A stretch of DNA of 64,000 nucleotides from Mobula hypostoma (lineage: Eukaryota): contig NC_086108.1 in the NCBI RefSeq assembly GCF_963921235.1, forward strand, positions 50,470,001 through 50,534,000. The letters are read 5' to 3'. A model generated the notes under the pieces. It saw only the letters and a list, made by a program, of their open reading frames with translations. It was not told where the DNA came from and searched no databases. A program made the translations under genes and the position numbers. This document shows, piece after piece, positions 63,781 to 64,000 of this stretch (position 1 is its first letter; every line of letters starts with the position of its first letter).

Positions 63781-64000
63781 ATGGACAGAAGAGATGAAGA
63801 TTTAATGCAAAAACTATCCTGTGACTTCCTCTGGAACATCCATATATGGGAACATCACTTCAGGAAACAGTCAGGTGTTCTGACTTCACTTGTCCTCTGG
63901 GATCAAGAACAACCACAGTGGCAACCAAGCAAAAAGAAGGGGAAATAATTCAAAGTTGCTCACTGTTCTGCTGCTAATAGGCAAGTCTATTACACAATTC

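Noticed and set aside
1..64000. Prokaryotic systems (CRISPR arrays, operons, rRNA/tRNA genes)
   Set aside because: The sequence is spliced vertebrate DNA; no repeat-spacer array or RNA gene was seen

Overview
Eukaryotic (vertebrate) genomic DNA, most likely a cartilaginous fish such as a ray (inferred from the repeat families). About 50 kb of the window is the 5' part of a cytosolic phospholipase A2-alpha gene (PLA2G4A) on the minus strand. I reconstructed five phase-compatible GT-AG coding exons by hand (50253-50334, 30700-30848, 29964-30080, 13541-13578, 213-357), covering the C2 domain and the start of the catalytic domain. The ATG-bearing exon was not securely found and the gene continues beyond position 1. 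The introns are packed with transposons: many CR1 LINEs (one near full length), Rex1/Babar and L1-like 3' ends, three Tigger/pogo-like deletion derivatives, hAT and Tc1 MITEs, a non-autonomous Helitron, a gag-only LTR element with a tRNA-Leu PBS, and Penelope-like elements (PLE). The most unusual items are short TSD-flanked, fold-back PLE terminal-repeat insertions with minimal hammerhead ribozyme motifs, the gag-only LTR element with mosaic LTRs, and two three-layer nests. Exon, LTR, TSD and TIR coordinates were counted from the sequence; boundaries of decayed LINE fragments are approximate.
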